The notes beneath the pieces are model-generated. The model did no database searches. It saw nothing but the letters and a program-made list of their open reading frames with translations, and was not told where the DNA came from. From Podarcis liolepis (lineage: Eukaryota): a DNA stretch of 64,000 nucleotides. Positions 61,482 to 64,000 of this stretch are shown here, one piece after another; position 1 is the stretch's first letter; every line of letters begins with the position of its first letter. A program made the position numbers and the translations under genes. The DNA is taken from NCBI GenBank assembly GCA_965112155.1, contig OZ218100.1, one strand, 5' to 3'.

Positions 61482-63433
61482 TATATAATTTATGTGTGCT
61501 TTTGCACCCTCAAAATAATAAAAAGGCACTTGGTGGAGGTTGGCTCAATGGTCTTGGAATATTATGATAGTGACCAACAGACAACACTCATGGGCCCTGA
61601 ATGTGGCAGATAAATGCATGCCGGGGGGGGGGGCATATTTAAGGATCAAGTCTTGAAATTGTTACGGTATTAAGTATTCAGTGGTCTGCGTTTGCCTGAG
61701 CTTGAGTCTGGACTAAGGATTCTGAGCCCCTGTGTTCTGATTCGATAGATGATATCCAATCACAGAACATTTCAGGATTTGGGCCTCTGCCATTGGCCCT
61801 TAAACTTTGAGTTATGATTCACAGCTTGGGAATTTAGACAGCAAATCATGTTGAGAGTGGGAGTGGCCCAGGCCTTCAGAAATCAATATAAGGAGTTGCT
61901 TTGCCCCTGTGGTCCAGTTAGTTCAATAAAGGTTCTTGCTGTTATCACTGTGTCTTGCTTCGTAGGAACCCGCCTACACTTCACACACAACATTAGCAGC
62001 AAAGCTATATTGCAAACATATCAGGCTACAATTGGTCCAGCCCATCTTGTCTATGCAACGTGGGGTGTGCATAGCTCTCCATATATGAGAGAGCTATTGA
62101 AGGGAAGACTTCCAGGTAGGGCACTTTGAAACACAGAGCAACAAGAAGGGAGGATGAAGTGAGAGATAAGGTCCCCATAAGGGTAAGTCAGATGAAAGTC
62201 CCATTGTTTCAATAGGTGCAAATTTAAGCACAAGATTAACTCTATCAGTGAACTTTAATAATGCTTTTGACTGGTTGACTCGCAATTTCTTATTCCAAGC
62301 AAATTACATTGAAATAAATGTGGTTTATTTGCACAGGGTTATTTATTTGTTTGATTTCATCTATGAATGACTTCCCATGAAATAACCTAAAGCAATTTCA
62401 CAGCAAAAGCACCAACAATAACAAGGTAGGTTAAAAAACAATTTCATATGTAAAAACAGTTTCAAATCCAATACAGATACAGGCTAGAATAAAGATCTCC
62501 ACTTAAAAGACTTGTTATCCTGTCAAGATTCTTCTATTAGTTTTTCCCCCTCAGTTGAATGCCCAGTCAATGAAAGACCAGTTTTGTTTTGTGTATTATT
62601 AAAACATTTTTGAATTATTCACCAAAGAAGTAATACAAAAAAAATTAGAAACTTGTTTCATATTAGGACTCCATCATTGCTTCCCTTTTTAAAAAGTGGC
62701 AATATTCTGAATCTCTGTTGTATGCCTATTAATTTCCACGATCAGATCTTCATGATAGGAGATCGATGTACATTATGAAATACTGTGGGAAATCAATAAT
62801 ATGTTAGACTGAAGTACTCTATTTTCATAACATTGCTATGGCTTGCCTGCAGATTTCAGCGCAAAGCTTTTTTTGATTCTTCAATTAAAGATATAGGAAA
62901 CCACAGTTCTTTAAGAGCAGAAAACATGCTGTACTTTTCTTTAAAGTGGCCTAGAAACCTACAAATTAACAGTATTTTTTTAAAATGTCCATTTGAAGAA
63001 GTACATTTCAAAGCCTAAACGAAAAAATGATCAAAATCTGTCCTATTCCTGTGAAGAGCAATTCTGCCCTTTATTAAAATCAAGATTGTCAAATGTTTAA
63101 ATATGAATAATGCCCCAGGCGATAAAACAACAATCTAATAAGCAGCATACTGGTATGGAACATCCTCTGTGTCTCTGCAAGAGAAGAAAGCCAATCTGTC
63201 TCCTAAGGGTATGTGAAATCCTGAAAACTGGGCTAGCCTGTGTTAGTTTAATAGCAGTTTTTCATGACAAACTTTTGCCCATCAAGGATTACAAAGGCTG
63301 CAAATATCCATTTGGAATGCTCCCTATATCGGTAACCAGCCACCTTGACAGAGAGGGTAAAAAAGAAAGACCAGCTCTTAGCATCTGGGTTACAAAAGGC
63401 AAAGGGTTGTAAAAGGCAAAGGACCAGTATGGA

Positions 63434-63801
63434 GGGACAAGGGTGGCGCTGTGGTCTAAACCACTGAGCCTCTTGGGCTTGCTGATTGGAAGGTCGGCGG
63501 TTCAAATCCCCATGACAGGGTGAGCTCCCGTTGCTCTATCCCAGCTCCTGCCAACCTAGCGGTTAGAAAGCACGTCAAAGTGCAAGTAGATAAATAGGTA
63601 CTGCTCCGGCAGGAAGGTAAATGGTGTTTCCGTGCGCTGCTCTGGTTTCGCCAGAAGTGGCTTAGTCATGCTGGCCACATGACCAGGAAAAACTGCCGAC
63701 AAACGTCATCTCCCTCGGCCTTTAAAGCAAGATGAACGCTGCAACCCCAGAGTTGTTCACGACTGGACTTAACTGTCAGGGGTCCTTTACCTTTACCTTT
63801 A
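63434..63801 (+). mobile_element. Sauria SINE (full length)
   Basis: gggacaagggtggcgctgtggtctaaaccactgagcc head and (ACCTTT)n tail. Imperfect TSD CAGTATGGA / CAGTGTGGA. Confidence 0.95.
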
Positions 63802-64000
63802 TCAGTGTGGAATCAGTAAATCAGCTGAACATTAAATAACAGCATAAATTTTTCATGCCAGACTGCACCAGACTCAGAGGCCATCTAACCTCATGATATC
63901 TGACCTTACAGGTTTTCCTTCCAGTGTCATATTTTCTCCATGAGTTGATTACTAATAGTGCAATCCTATATTTGCCTTCTCATAAGTAAGCCCCACTGAG

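Noticed and set aside
1-64000. CRISPR arrays, operons, other prokaryotic systems, known conserved miRNAs
   Set aside because: The sequence is vertebrate. There is no regularly spaced repeat-spacer array, and no mature miRNA I recognise by eye (not an exhaustive search).

Overview
Vertebrate, AT-rich, CpG-depleted non-coding DNA from a squamate reptile. Sauria SINEs, BovB, lizard-type L1/CR1/L2/RTE ends and a tRNA-Ile/CR1 SINE point to a lizard; a lacertid is my best guess. I can support no intact protein-coding gene, tRNA, rRNA or recognisable miRNA. The ORF track is almost all chance ORFs or decayed retrotransposon pieces. The window looks like a very large intron or gene desert. It holds many transposable elements, several with exact TSDs/TIRs: hAT and Tc1/mariner MITEs, L1, CR1, L2, RTE, BovB, Penelope-like elements, SINEs and LTR-like pieces. 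Between them lie repeat-free blocks that resemble conserved non-coding elements, and there is one 134-N assembly gap. The host gene cannot be named. I found no convincing new multi-gene system. The most interesting signals are: (i) a ~615-bp insertion at 24.2-24.8 kb with ~90-bp inverted repeats, a one-sided tail, a 16-bp TSD and a decayed hammerhead-like core (probably a poorly described Penelope-like family); (ii) a (UG)18-flanked 94-nt candidate poison exon whose donor doubles as a recursive-splice-like YAG|GTAAGT; (iii) a textbook orphan 3' splice site at 47220; (iv) a 23-bp templated insertion copied from 1 kb away; (v) a ~480-bp palindrome with a microsatellite mirrored in both arms. TE family names come from my recall of consensus motifs, not from a database search.
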